Below, in pieces: positions 1 through 10,649 of a DNA stretch of 64,000 nucleotides. The translations under genes were made by a program, and so were the position numbers. The DNA is from an uncultured Acidobacteriota bacterium (GTDB lineage Bacteria; Acidobacteriota; UBA6911): the NCBI GenBank assembly GCA_963827655.1, contig CAWHCF010000032.1:32001-96000 (forward strand). Reading direction: 5' to 3'. Position 1 is the first letter of the stretch, and every line of letters starts with the position of its first letter. The notes under the pieces are model-generated. The model had not been told where the DNA came from and did not search any database. It was given only the letters and a program-made list of their open reading frames with translations.

Positions 1-1005
1 CGAATAGTAGTCGCGCGTCGGAATCGGGTCGTACTTGTGATCATGGCACTGCGCGCATCCCACGGTCAGCCCCAGAAACGCCTTGGTCGTGACATCTACC
101 TGATCGTTGGCATTGCCCCCCAGAGCCTGGAATCCGAGCCCCGCCATCAGCTCCTTCCGCTGGTCCTCCGGCATCAGGTCCGCCGCGATTTGCGCCTTCA
201 CGAAGCGGTCGTACGGCAAGTCCTTGTTAAACGCCTCGACCACCCAATCCCGATACCGGTACGCATTCGGCATCGGCGTATCAACTCCCGCCGCCAGCAA
301 TCCGTCGGAGTATCGAGCCAGGTCCAGCCAGTGCCGCGCCCACCGTTCCCCGTAATGCGGCGATTCGAGCAGCCGGTCCACGACGTTCGTGTAAGCCTCG
401 GGCGAGCTGTCCTTCAAAAACGCATCCACCTCTTCCGGCGTGGGTGGGAGTCCGGTCAGGTCGAGCGTTACGCGTCGCAGCCAGGTCCGGCGATCGGCTG
501 CTTTCACGGGAGCCATTCCCTTCGACTCGAGCTTGGCGAGCACGAAGGCATCCACGGGCGTCCTTACCCAGGCTTTTTTCTTCACCTGAGGGACAATCGG
601 CTTGTTCACTCTCTGAAACGCCCAGAACCGGAGCTGGTCGGCCGGCGCGTTGTGAGCCGCTGTCTCGCCCCATGGCACGCCTCGCTTCACCCACTCGATC
701 AGCGCGTCTACGTCGGCTGCCGCAAGCGGTCCGGTAGGCGGCATTTTCAACCTGGCGTGCGTGCGGCGCACGGCCTGAATCAGGACGCTCTCTTCCGGCT
801 TTCCCGGTATCACCACCGGGCCCGACTTTCCACCTTTCAGCACGGCTTCCAGCGAATCCAGCCGCAATTCACCCATCGCCGTGTCGGTGTGGCAGGTGTA
901 GCAGTTGGCCGCCAGAATCGGCCGGACCTTGGACTCGAAGAACTCCGCGTCCGTCGCCCAGGCTGGCAGAACGACGATAAGTGCGAGACAGCAACGCCAG
1001 ATCAT
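1..1005 (-). CDS. Planctomycete-type cytochrome c / DUF1549 (PSCyt2)-DUF1553 family secreted protein, 5' part; runs off window start
   Basis: Manual translation from ATG at 1005 (absent from ORF track because no stop in window): MIWRCCLALIVVLPAWA signal, FFESKVRPILAANCYTCH (CxxCH), MPP, WAF, YGERWARHWLDLARYSD, GLTVGCAQCHDHKYDPI. Confidence 0.9.
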   Translation of the reverse strand, partial: MIWRCCLALIVVLPAWATDAEFFESKVRPILAANCYTCHTDTAMGELRLDSLEAVLKGGKSGPVVIPGKPEESVLIQAVRRTHARLKMPPTGPLAAADVDALIEWVKRGVPWGETAAHNAPADQLRFWAFQRVNKPIVPQVKKKAWVRTPVDAFVLAKLESKGMAPVKAADRRTWLRRVTLDLTGLPPTPEEVDAFLKDSSPEAYTNVVDRLLESPHYGERWARHWLDLARYSDGLLAAGVDTPMPNAYRYRDWVVEAFNKDLPYDRFVKAQIAADLMPEDQRKELMAGLGFQALGGNANDQVDVTTKAFLGLTVGCAQCHDHKYDPIPTRDYYS

Positions 1006-1532
1006 GTTGGAGACATTCTATATCGGGGAGCGAGGGAGCAATCAAAAAAATCTGCAGCCCGCCTATGAGCGCGCTGCCAAGTTCGGGAGTCGAGTTTGTT
1101 ACGTCGACTTCCGCACCTTTCGCAATGCGATTGCGTCGGTGACGGGCACATTCTAACACCCCTGGATCCTATGTTCCGTGGGATTCTCGACGTCCGTCGT
1201 GGGATTCGAATTGTGGTTGCCGCCCGTCCTTGTTGCGCCTTTTGTATCGTCCAAGGTTTGATTCTCACGAGCTTGTGGCCGATGGCCCGCTCAGCAACCT
1301 CAGTATCGTATGCGGCTTGAGCGCGCAGCCAATACCCGTTGGACAGACCCAAGAAACGGCAAAGCCGCAAATCAGTGTCTGCAGTAACCGAACGCTTTCC
1401 AGCCACGATATCTCCAATCCGCTGGGCAGGAACGCCGATCTCTTTGGCCAGGCGGTACCGACTGATGCCCATGGGTTTCAGGAACTCCTCCAGAAGGAGC
1501 TCGCCAGGAGTAACCGGCTTGAGCTTGTTCAT
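1002..1532 (-). CDS. higA: HigA family addiction-module antitoxin (XRE HTH); real protein probably ~100 aa with a read-through tail
   Basis: PVTPGELLLEEFLKPMGISRYRLAKEIGVPAQRIGDIVAGKRSVTADTDLRLCRFLGLSNGYWLRAQAAYD is a canonical HigA; a higB remnant lies directly upstream. Confidence 0.9.
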   Translation of the reverse strand: MNKLKPVTPGELLLEEFLKPMGISRYRLAKEIGVPAQRIGDIVAGKRSVTADTDLRLCRFLGLSNGYWLRAQAAYDTEVAERAIGHKLVRIKPWTIQKAQQGRAATTIRIPRRTSRIPRNIGSRGVRMCPSPTQSHCERCGSRRNKLDSRTWQRAHRRAADFFDCSLAPRYRMSPT

Positions 1533-1544
1533 ACTTACCTCTCG

Positions 1545-1619
1545 TCAGTGGTAGTCGATGATCTCTACATCCTCGGCACCCGCTTTCGTCCAGCGAAAGC
1601 AGACGCGCCACTGATCATT
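1545..1619 (-). pseudogene. higB: C-terminal remnant of HigB (RelE/ParE) toxin
   Basis: Translates as NDQWRVCFRWTKAGAEDVEIIDYH*, the hallmark HigB C-terminus, 12 bp before the higA ATG; N-terminal two-thirds absent. Confidence 0.85.
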
Positions 1620-1670
1620 ACTAACCGGGCAAGGGCTGCGCCCTTGATATCCCGCCAAAAGCAGCGGGAT

Positions 1671-1704
1671 AGAAGCCAGGAGTCAGAAGCCAGAAGCCAG
1701 AATC
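1671..1704. repeat. Degenerate 7-bp tandem repeats (AGAAGCC) at the 3' end of the four-helix-bundle gene
   Basis: agaagcc aggagtc agaagcc agaagcc agaatc. Confidence 0.8.
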
Positions 1705-2059
1705 GCTTTTGCATATGCATTCTGCAGGCGGCTCACTTCCTCCAGGAGATTCATCCTTCCTTCTTGAGGTCTGCCGTAACCCAGGTCGTGTGCCATGCTC
1801 AGGTAGTAGCGGCTCTCTTCAAGCGAACCCTCGGCAATGTTCATGAATCGCGCTTTGTCGGCCTTGCCTCGCCGCTTTAAACCTTCTGCAATGTTCGCCG
1901 GTACGGACACGGCGGCCTTTCGCATTTGCTGCACCAAGGCATAGATCTCGCGCTGCGGGAACGATTCCGTGTAACGACATACTTCGAGCACAAATTCATG
2001 AGCTTTCTGCCATACCAGTAGATCGCGAACGTCTTTGCGCTTGGCCGCTGTGCTTGCAT
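1683..2059 (-). CDS. Four helix bundle protein (23S rRNA IVS protein / Avd-like); 1-bp frameshift near 2025
   Basis: MQAQRPSAKTF then DLLVWQKAHEFVLEVCRYTESFPQREIYALVQQMRKAAVSVPANIAEG...FMNIAEGSLEESRYYL..AHDLGY; span is 377 bp, one short of a codon multiple. Confidence 0.9.
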
Positions 2060-2461
2060 GATATCACCCCATCTCGTGATGTTATCCTTTTCAGGTAGTG
2101 CCAACCAAGTCTGGCGCGACTCCCTGAATCGCGCTTCTAACGTGAACACAATTCTTGATCCGACAATCTGACTCTCCGGCATTCAAGCCGACCCGTCCAA
2201 AGTCGAACGTTCTTCCGGTGCTGACATTTCAGCACTCTGCCGACTCGTCGTCAGCATCACAGCCCTCAATCCCTAAAAGATCCAGGGCTCTTGATCTCGG
2301 ATCGGTGATGTAAGACTTTCAGATCAAATAACATAGACCCATCACCCGAAAATTCCGTCTGGGTGGCAAAGTAATTGCACTGATCCAATGGGTGTTGCAG
2401 GAGCGTCAAATATGCTGGCGTTCAAGACACTCAAGATGGGCTTGAGCCCAAGGAGCAGATT

Positions 2462-3184
2462 ATGTTAAGGCTTTGGAAATTCACTTCATTTCTTACAGCG
2501 TTCGCTATCGCTACTCTCCTGGCCGTGGCAGGGGTTGCGGCCGGACGTGACGATCGGAAGCAGGCTCAGGTTGAGATACCGCTCGATCTGGCGATTCTCA
2601 TTCAGGATGACCTTGTCTCTCACGTCGGCAATGAGTTGGATGTCACCCGCGACTTCATTCTATCGTTGCCCGAAGGATCACGGGTGATGGTCGGTTACAT
2701 CAGGAGCGGGAGTCTCCAGGTGCGCCAGCGATTTACCAGCGATCTCGGCGAAGCGGCCCGCGCGTTGCGCGTCCCTGTGTCGTCCACTTCCGCCTCCCCT
2801 TTCAATCCTTATGTTGAAGTGCTCGAGGGATTGCGTAGCTTCGATTCGGAGGGAAGGAACCCTAAGGCGCTACTTTTGATTTCTGATGGTCTCGACACGT
2901 CGCGCGGTTTTGATGCCGCATCAGTTCTTCATTCGATTGATCTGGAGCGAGCGATAAAGGAAGCAAATCGGCGCAAGGTCACGATTTACTCTTTTTATGC
3001 TCCGTCGGTCGGACTGACGAGGCGAAATCGTCTGGCAGCCAGCTATGGCCAGAGTTCGCTCAATCGTCTGTCGGATGAGACTGGAGGCAAGGCATTCTTT
3101 GAAGGGACGAATGACTTTGTGACCTTCAATTCCCATTTTGCGCGTTTGGTAGGGGCGCTCAACGAGCGATATTCCGAGTACTGA
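2462..3184 (+). CDS. Secreted vWA-like domain protein
   Basis: Signal peptide, LAILIQDD, KALLLISDGLD, LNRLSDETGGKAF motifs; AGGAG RBS upstream. Confidence 0.7.
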   Translation: MLRLWKFTSFLTAFAIATLLAVAGVAAGRDDRKQAQVEIPLDLAILIQDDLVSHVGNELDVTRDFILSLPEGSRVMVGYIRSGSLQVRQRFTSDLGEAARALRVPVSSTSASPFNPYVEVLEGLRSFDSEGRNPKALLLISDGLDTSRGFDAASVLHSIDLERAIKEANRRKVTIYSFYAPSVGLTRRNRLAASYGQSSLNRLSDETGGKAFFEGTNDFVTFNSHFARLVGALNERYSEY

Positions 3185-3231
3185 CGTTCAAAAAATCCGA
3201 AACCATCATCTGAAGGTTCGGTCTGACGTCT

Positions 3232-3266
3232 GCGGAGCGGGCTTCTCGAGAGGAGCGCCGCTCCGC
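3232..3266. terminator. GC-rich hairpin between convergent genes
   Basis: GCGGAGCGG...CCGCTCCGC 9-bp outer stem plus inner stem; no strong U tract. Confidence 0.4.
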
Positions 3267-3332
3267 GTGCAATCCCAGCATGAAAACCATGTCGAAACTG
3301 GCGATCACAACCTGTGCTAAGGCGATCTCCGT

Positions 3333-6300
3333 CTATCTAGGCACCAGGTGGGTGCGCGCAATGAAATCGGGGATTCCCCTCTCCGGGTTGGCGACGGAGA
3401 ATATCGCGGCGATTAGAGCGACGGCGCCTGGAAGAATCGAGAACGGAAGACTTGTGAGCGACAGATTCAAGCGGGGAATGCCTGGGATAAGAGGGAGCAG
3501 CGCGCATAGCGTAAAGAAGAACCACGCCACGAGGGCTCGCGCGAGGCAGCGCCATCGGCTTGCCGGCCTGCCGTCCGCAGTCTGCACAGTTATCCCAAAG
3601 ACATAGAGCAACGCGCCTCCACGCAGCACGACAGCGCACATAATTGCCGGTATCGATAGGAGAGCCAGCGTCATGGTCACGAGAACGGGAGTGAAGGATC
3701 CTGCCTTGGAGCCCGGCCGCGGGGCGATCACATGTCTGGCGGCGCCAAGATCCGAGTCCCGGGGAGAAGCGTCGAAGCGCCAGGCCCTTATCCCTGCGAT
3801 CACCTCTCTGGCAGCGGCAACATCCGAGGCAGCAGAAGAAGGGTAGTCTCGAAATGCCGATTCGATTGCCTTTTCGGTCTCAGGGTCCCATCTCAATTGC
3901 GTCACAAGCTGACGGGCCGTGTGGCGAGGCCCGGACCTTCGCATAGCTGGCGGCCAGAATGATGCGAATGGCCTCCCGTCTGTCGCGGCGTTTCCTTGGT
4001 ATCAGGTTCCCGCTCGATTCCTCTCAGAACGACCACATAATAGCGAGCCTTCGTAAGATCTTCCATCGACGCCGGGATGAGTAACGGCGCGATAAACGCC
4101 ATCGCAACCACGAGGAGAATGGGTAGCGCGATCAGGAGTTGGGGGCCTGCGCGCATTCCCCGTGTGACCTGCGCAGGTCTGTGAACGACATCCGTCAACT
4201 GGGTCAAAAAGGCGTCCGGAGACGCGGGTTCCTTCCCTTCGCGGCATAACTCAACTATCACGGATCGAACGGACGCGGGGAGCGGTACGGCGGGAATCAT
4301 TGAGTCCAGATGCTCGACCCGCAGGATCTTTCCCTGAAGCCCGAACAGTGTGATCTGGTGCATGAAGGATTTCCAGCCTTCACAGGCCGTCGACTGAAAT
4401 ACCGCCTGGTCGCTTCCCAAGGCGGTCACCGGAAAATCCAAGAGCCGCGCCTGGCCGTAGGCATCGACCCAGATCTGGTGTATGGACCTTTTTCGATGTG
4501 AATTCTCCTTCTCGCTGAGCTGCGACCGGAGTTCTGTCGCGATGTCCAGAAGGACTTGGCGAATTTCGAGCCAGGACAATCTTCCTTTAGTCTCGACCCA
4601 ACGCCATAGGCTCGTTCCCAACGGAGCCTCGTAAGCGTCCCAGCAGTTTCCGGGCTGACGAGATCCATTCAGCCAGTGGAGCCGGCCACGGCGGACCGGC
4701 GCCAGCTGTGAGAACGGTGGGGCCTGAGAGTCTTCTTTGAAACGGTGTATCCAGACGTTTCTCCGTAGGATGTCGTCGTAAGCTACAAGCAAGGATTCTG
4801 AGTCGGTATCCCAGACTGTCAGAACAGCGCGATAGGGTCCGAAATGCCTGGGCGCAGCGAGCTGAACCCCACCCAGGCGCTCTTCAGGGACAACGATGAC
4901 GTCTTTGGCCCGTACAGAGTTGACTCGCGTGCCGCTCAGAACCTCGTGGAGCCCGGCATAGCCGTTGCGCCGGCGCATGGTCCCGAGAAGGGCGGCCTGA
5001 CATCCCAGATTCAGGACGTTGGTCTGCCAGGTCCCCCAGGGCAGGTCGGGTAGCGCGAGAGGGATCAGACCCGGCATCAGCATGGCGCAATAGAAAACAG
5101 CTGTTCTCAGAAGTGCCTGTCGGGTTGTAATGGCTGATCCGGTCGACGTCGTAACCCGCAAGCCAAGAAGAAACTTACCGAGCGTTCGCCCCCAGTATCT
5201 CTCACCCAGAAAGAAATACAGAAACTGCACAAGTGACACCATCACGGAAACGAATATCATCTCCCGCGTGCTTCCTTCCATCAGCCGAAACGCATTCCAG
5301 ATATTGAAAGAAAAGAAAGGAGCCAGATCGATCAGGAGTGCGGCAAATCTCCTTGCCAGGCTGCCTGCGGTCAACCCCTGGGCGGAGAAGGGGAGCAGCG
5401 CGGCGCGAAGAGCCGCGTAGGTGGAATAGCGCTTTTCCCTGTCCTTGGCCAGTGTCCGGAGAATGACTCGCTGCAAGCCTTTCGGAACGTCCACTCGATG
5501 GCGCGAAAAGGGCGTGGGCTCCTCTGACAGAATCCTGGCCAGTACCTCTCCGGTTTGCTTCGCTACGAATGGGGGTGCGCCGGTCAACAGGGCATAGAGG
5601 GTCGCACCGACGGAATAGATGTCGGAGCGGAAGTCTATCTCCCGTCCGCGCACCTGCTCCGGAGAAGCGTACGACGGTGTTCCGATGAAAGCTCCGCTGA
5701 TGGTGACGTTACTGTCGAGCTCGAGGGTCTTCGAAAGACCAAAGTCCCCGATTTTGGCTTTCCCGTTTTCATCCAGGAAGCAGTTGGAAGGTTTCACATC
5801 CCGATGCAGGATACCTGCATTGTTGGCCGCCTCCAGGCCTTCGATGACATCAAGAATGAAATCGACGGCTTCCTTCGCAGGCAATCGTCCCCGCTGGCGA
5901 AGGAGGTCCTGCAGGGTACCTCCAGGCATCAGCTCCATCGTGATGACCGGGTAGCCGTCCACCTCCTCGGCGCCAAAGACATAAACACAGTTCGGATGGT
6001 TGAGCGAAGCCGCGAGGCGCCCTTCCCGCTCGAAGCGCTGGAGGACTTCCGGTGAAGCAGCCTGGGTTTCGGTGATTACCTTCAAGGCCAGCCTCCGAGC
6101 GGTCTCCAGGCTCTCGGCCTCCCAGACACGGCCGAAACCGCCCCGCCCGAGCTCGCGGATCAGGCGGTACGACCCAAACGTCCGCCCAGCCTCGGGAGCT
6201 GGGCCGCGTGGAGAGAGCTTCAAGTGAAAATCATGGGTGGTCGATGGGTGAGAAGCCGTAGGGATGTCAGGTCCGGAAGTTAATCGTTCGGGATCTTTCC

Positions 6301-6340
6301 GCTTGTTCTCACCGAAGTCCCCGAATGAGTCCTTCTTCAT
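3333..6340 (-). CDS. Hanks-type Ser/Thr kinase with RDD membrane domains; frameshift near 3950-3990
   Basis: LGRGGFGRV, ALK, HRDVKPSN, DFG, GTPSYASPE; RDD (RRFAALLID...GRTLGKFLLGLRV...GLHEVLSGTRV); ORF 3333-3944 carries a second RDD (RCLARAL...RGIPDFIARTHLV). Confidence 0.85.
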
Positions 6341-6631
6341 AGAAGTCGATGGCCACCGAAGCGGTGGGGCTGATTGAAAGGGGCGATGATCTCTTAGAAT
6401 TCACGAAGGATATTGATTTTGCTCGGGTTTTGCAATACGAAAGCCAATCGAGAGGTGGCAATGCGAGAGCTGCCGTCCGGGTTTCTCAGCTACATTGGAC
6501 TACGAGGCCGATCGCGCGACGATCGTACGGTACCTTCGCCGAGATCGGCGGCGGCCAGGAGGTCGCCCCGGTGAGCAGCATCTGCCTGATAGTGCCGTCC
6601 GCAAACACCAATTCCATTGCGAGGAAGACCC

Positions 6632-7039
6632 ATGAAGATAGCGAAGATCACAATCGACCCCGACCCGTACGAGCCCTTCCGCCTCGCCCAGGGCTATCGC
6701 GTCGGCGAGCTTCTGTTCATATCGGGTCAGGCAGCAATCGACGGCGAGGGAAACCTCGTGGGCATCGGAAACTTCGATGCCCAAGCCGACCAGGTCTTCG
6801 CGAACCTCGAGCGGGTTCTCCAGGCCGGCGGCTCAAGTCTTGCAAACGTCATCAAAGTCACGATTTTTCTCCGGGACATGTCCAATTTTTCGAAGATCGT
6901 CGAGCTTCGAGGTCGCTATTTCACGCCTCCGTATCCGGCCGACACGATTGACGTCGAGGTCACCTCCCTTTACTCCCCTCAAGCGCTGATCGAGATCGAG
7001 GCGATCGCCGTCGTCAACGAGGCGGTGGAGCGGACGTGA
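6632..7039 (+). CDS. RidA/YjgF family protein
   Basis: LLFISGQ, AQADQVFANLERVLQAGGSSLANVIKVTIFL, LIEIEAIA. Confidence 0.9.
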   Translation: MKIAKITIDPDPYEPFRLAQGYRVGELLFISGQAAIDGEGNLVGIGNFDAQADQVFANLERVLQAGGSSLANVIKVTIFLRDMSNFSKIVELRGRYFTPPYPADTIDVEVTSLYSPQALIEIEAIAVVNEAVERT

Positions 7040-7074
7040 AGGCGAAAGGGAAAAATGAGCCGCAGGGCCAGAAG

Positions 7075-7398
7075 CTATCTGGTCAGTACATCCGTGGCTC
7101 GATGCCCTGGTGATACACCATCGGCGAAAATCACGTCGCCCTCGGAGTTGTTTGTGCGCAGCGGCAGGATCTCCTGATACGCGGCGGATTCGTACCACAT
7201 GCGGGCTTGCTCGCGATCCGGAAACTCGATAACAACCAGGTGTCCCGGCCAGGTCCCTTCTCGTACCTCTACCGCACCGCCATGCACCAGGAACCTGCCC
7301 CGGAACGGTTCCAGCGTCGCATCGATCCGCTGGAGATACTCGGCGATCGCAGGGCCCAGCGTGACCTTGCGCAAATGAGCAACAGCGTATGCGGGCAT
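7075..7398 (-). CDS. DUF1330 domain protein
   Basis: GRFLVHGG..EVREGTW...VVIEFPDREQARMWYESAAYQEILPLR. Confidence 0.9.
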   Translation of the reverse strand: MPAYAVAHLRKVTLGPAIAEYLQRIDATLEPFRGRFLVHGGAVEVREGTWPGHLVVIEFPDREQARMWYESAAYQEILPLRTNNSEGDVIFADGVSPGHRATDVLTR

Positions 7399-7817
7399 GA
7401 TTCCTCCAAAGATTTGTGTGAAGCGACCGAGAATCGCACGACTGTCAGACGCAGCCGTCGTTCGAGCCTCGCGCGAAACTTCCAGTGACGTTGCTACTGG
7501 CTGCTGTTCGGCGTCAAGTCTTTTCCCGACCTCGACTCACACGCTGCCGCACAACCTCCGGGGCAATGGGTCACAAGTCCGACATGACGACTACGTCAGG
7601 AATCACACATCCGGCATCGTGTCGCCTGCGGGAACGCAGGCGCGTTTTGGCCATTTCGCGGGCGCGGCAGCAAGCTGCCGCAGGACAAGGCGCACTCCAA
7701 AGGCGGTCCTTGCAGCGCTTGCTTTCCCCACAGACGCCGCTACCCGGCAAATCACCGGCGCTTGCACAGTCATCTATCTCTTGACGAACGTCACGTAGTG
7801 AGTTTCTTATTGATCTC

Positions 7818-8756
7818 ATGAACGCCACCGGTCGTTTGCAGCGATTTAAGGCAGCGATTCAAAAAACGGGCGTGAATTTCTTCGTGGAGGTGCCGGCGCG
7901 AGTGAGTTCTTCGATGCGTTCTTTCGCGCACTCGGGAAGAATTCGTGTTGCCGGCCAATTGAACCAGACACCGATGCAGGGCACGTTGATCCCGGTTGCA
8001 GGCGGCCGGCATCGCCTGTTTGTAAATGGCGGGACGCGCAGCGCCGCGAAAGTTGGACTCGGCGACGTGGTGTCGATTGAATTGAGGCCGACGAAACCGA
8101 ATGAAGTCGTCGCGCCGGAAGACTTGACCGCCGGACTCCACCGCGTTCCGGGCGCTCTGGATGCATTCAACGCTCAACCGGTCTCGCGGCGGAGGGAGCT
8201 TATCCGCTACGTCGACGACGCACGCACGCCGCAGTCGCGAGAACGCAGGATCGCAAAGACGGCGGACCATATTCTGGGCAAAGAGGCGCCTCCCGCGGAG
8301 CGACTCGCCGCAATCCGTGAGCGTCCGCTCTGGACGTGCCCCAGGTGCGGCAATCAGTTCGTCAACAAGAACGGGTTTCACTCCTGCCGCCGATGGAGTC
8401 TCGACGAAGCCTTCAAGGGCAGACCCGCATTCGTTCGCGAACTATTCCAACACGTTCGCGCATTGATCGAGACCTGTGGACCGGTCAGGATGGTGCCCTA
8501 CCGAGACCGAGTCGGTTTTATGGTGCGGGTACGTTTCGCCGGGGCAACGCCGAAGCGCGACTGCCTCGAAATCGGTTTCTGGCTTCCCCACCGAATCGCG
8601 AGCGAGCGGTTTCACAAGGTCGAAACGATATACCCGAACGCCCACATTCACGTGCTGCGGATCCGCCAGCCGGAGGAGCTGGATTCGGAAGTTGTCGGAT
8701 GGATCAAAGAGGCTTATGCCGTCGGCTGTCAGCAACACCTACTTCGGAGCGGATAG
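7818..8756 (+). CDS. DUF1905 + YdeI/OmpD-associated (OmdA) + DUF5655-like fusion protein
   Basis: IRVAGQLN...GDVVSIEL; APEDL...RRELIRYVDDARTPQSRERRIAK; WTCPRCGNQF...HSC followed by a DUF5655-like domain ending WIKEAY. Confidence 0.75.
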   Translation: MNATGRLQRFKAAIQKTGVNFFVEVPARVSSSMRSFAHSGRIRVAGQLNQTPMQGTLIPVAGGRHRLFVNGGTRSAAKVGLGDVVSIELRPTKPNEVVAPEDLTAGLHRVPGALDAFNAQPVSRRRELIRYVDDARTPQSRERRIAKTADHILGKEAPPAERLAAIRERPLWTCPRCGNQFVNKNGFHSCRRWSLDEAFKGRPAFVRELFQHVRALIETCGPVRMVPYRDRVGFMVRVRFAGATPKRDCLEIGFWLPHRIASERFHKVETIYPNAHIHVLRIRQPEELDSEVVGWIKEAYAVGCQQHLLRSG

Positions 8757-8956
8757 ATTCTTTATCGGCTCGGTATACTCTAAAATCATGAAATTTCTAG
8801 CGAGTTTTTTTCAGATAGAGTCTCGGCGCCGGGATCAGCCAGACCACGCCTTTCGAATTCACTGACGCGGAGCCGGAAAGTCGCGGTCGGGATCGGACTG
8901 GACGGCACGAGACGAAGCCCGGCCTGTGGTCCACGAAGAGAACGCGATGCGCTCAA

Positions 8957-10615
8957 GTGGCCCTGGCAGCTCTTCTTGTGACGGGAGCGTGGAGCATTTC
9001 CCTCCGCGCCGCCAGCGGGAATGCCCGTGCAGTGCCTACTTTCGAGTCTCTCGGACTTTACTACGACCGCGCCGCCGCACAGGATGGTTGCCGGGTACGA
9101 TACCGGATATCCGGCGCAAGCGAGTGGCGCGAGGGATACCCGCTGGTCTACGACCAACGCGAGCGCCAGTACCGGGGTTCGCTGGTGGGGCTCAAGCCGG
9201 GCACGGGCTACGAGATTCGGCTCGAGGCGGATCGAGAGAACGTAGAACTCAACGCTCGCACCATGAGCGAGGAGTTCCCCGTTGGCAAGACGACCCATCT
9301 GCCGGGCGGAAACATGGACAAGACACTCTACGTCCGCGAGGGAGGAACCGAGGAGGGGTGGCACCTGATCGCGCCGGCTCCAGGGACCAAAGTTGTCAGC
9401 GATGTGTTCAACCTGTCCGACTACAACGTCGTGGTAGAAGCGGATTACGTCATCATCCGGGGCCTGGAGCTCAGGAACGCCGGCATTCACGGCGTCATGA
9501 TTCGGGAAGGCGTGCAGCACGTCATCGTGGAAGACTGCCACATCACCGGATGGGGGCGCATGGGCGGCGCACGAGTCTGGGGTGTGACCGGCGGCAGCGA
9601 CAGCGCTATCTATGCCGGAAACGACGCCGGTCATCTCGTGATCCAGCGCAACCTGATCGAGTATCCCCGGGGCGGCGCCAACGACTGGGAAAGCGGGCAT
9701 CCGTCGGGACCGCAGGCAGTCAGTCTGATCGATTCGCGCGGCGGCAATATTATCCGCTATAACACCATCCGTTCCACCGATGACCATGGATTCAACGACG
9801 GAATCGGCGGCGGCTCCAACTACAGCTTCAAGGGAAGTCCGAACCGTGACTCGGACATCTACGGCAATATCATCTCGAATTGCTGGGATGATGCCATAGA
9901 AAGCGAAGGCGCGAACATGAACGTTCGTATCTGGAGCAATTACATTCACCACACGTTCGTGCACGTGGCTACGGCCGCCACGGCGATGGGCCCGCTCTAT
10001 GTTTTCCGCAACGTTTTCGGCGAGAGCCGGGTTTCTCACCAGGATCGGTCGGGAGGGATGATGATCAAAACGGGGATGAACCACATGAACATAAACGGCG
10101 AGCGCGTCAGCACCGGTCTGGGATATCGGTTCATCTTCCACAACACGGCGTTGCAGCCCAACGGCGGGCTCGATGTATTCAGCAGCCACGAACTGCACAA
10201 CGCGGTGAGCCGGAACAATATTTTTTACTCCCGCGGCCGCAGCTATCCCAGGGATTCAGGCGAACCGCGCAATGATTTCCAGAATGACTTGACGGGAGGT
10301 TACCTCGGGGGAGGCTTCATCCGGTCGATGTTTCTGCCGAGCGAGGGCCTGGAGTGGTATCTTGCGCCCACGATGAACCGCATCCAATGGGGCCGCGTGC
10401 AGTATACGCGCGATGGGCGCGACTTCACGATCACGGACCCGATGGAGCCGGTAAAGAATCCGGCCATCGACGCCGGGGTTCGCCTGCCGGGATTCAACGA
10501 CGAGTTCAGCGGAAAGGCGCCGGACATCGGCGCGTTCGAGAACGGCCTCGCTCCATTGCGTTTCGGCCGCGGAATGGCGCCTGGGTTTTCACGCGCGCCG
10601 TGGGAGTTACACTAG
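8957..10615 (+). CDS. Secreted right-handed parallel beta-helix protein (polysaccharide lyase-like)
   Basis: Signal peptide, FN3-like N-terminus, repeated IxGNxI/IRYNTI beta-helix turns, DDAIESEG, PAIDAG...PDIGAFE C-terminus; start uncertain. Confidence 0.75.
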   Translation: MALAALLVTGAWSISLRAASGNARAVPTFESLGLYYDRAAAQDGCRVRYRISGASEWREGYPLVYDQRERQYRGSLVGLKPGTGYEIRLEADRENVELNARTMSEEFPVGKTTHLPGGNMDKTLYVREGGTEEGWHLIAPAPGTKVVSDVFNLSDYNVVVEADYVIIRGLELRNAGIHGVMIREGVQHVIVEDCHITGWGRMGGARVWGVTGGSDSAIYAGNDAGHLVIQRNLIEYPRGGANDWESGHPSGPQAVSLIDSRGGNIIRYNTIRSTDDHGFNDGIGGGSNYSFKGSPNRDSDIYGNIISNCWDDAIESEGANMNVRIWSNYIHHTFVHVATAATAMGPLYVFRNVFGESRVSHQDRSGGMMIKTGMNHMNINGERVSTGLGYRFIFHNTALQPNGGLDVFSSHELHNAVSRNNIFYSRGRSYPRDSGEPRNDFQNDLTGGYLGGGFIRSMFLPSEGLEWYLAPTMNRIQWGRVQYTRDGRDFTITDPMEPVKNPAIDAGVRLPGFNDEFSGKAPDIGAFENGLAPLRFGRGMAPGFSRAPWELH

Positions 10616-10649
10616 ACTGTCCGTAGACGCGGGTGTGCCGCACTGAACT

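Noticed and set aside
37-1068. Long antisense ORFs (e.g. 37-1068, 8786-10198, 48225-49520, 57982-59763)
   Set aside because: Shadow frames opposite well-supported genes, expected in GC-rich DNA; no recognisable motifs
1683-2059. Four-helix-bundle gene as the Avd of a diversity-generating retroelement
   Set aside because: No reverse transcriptase and no template/variable repeat pair differing at adenines seen in the window
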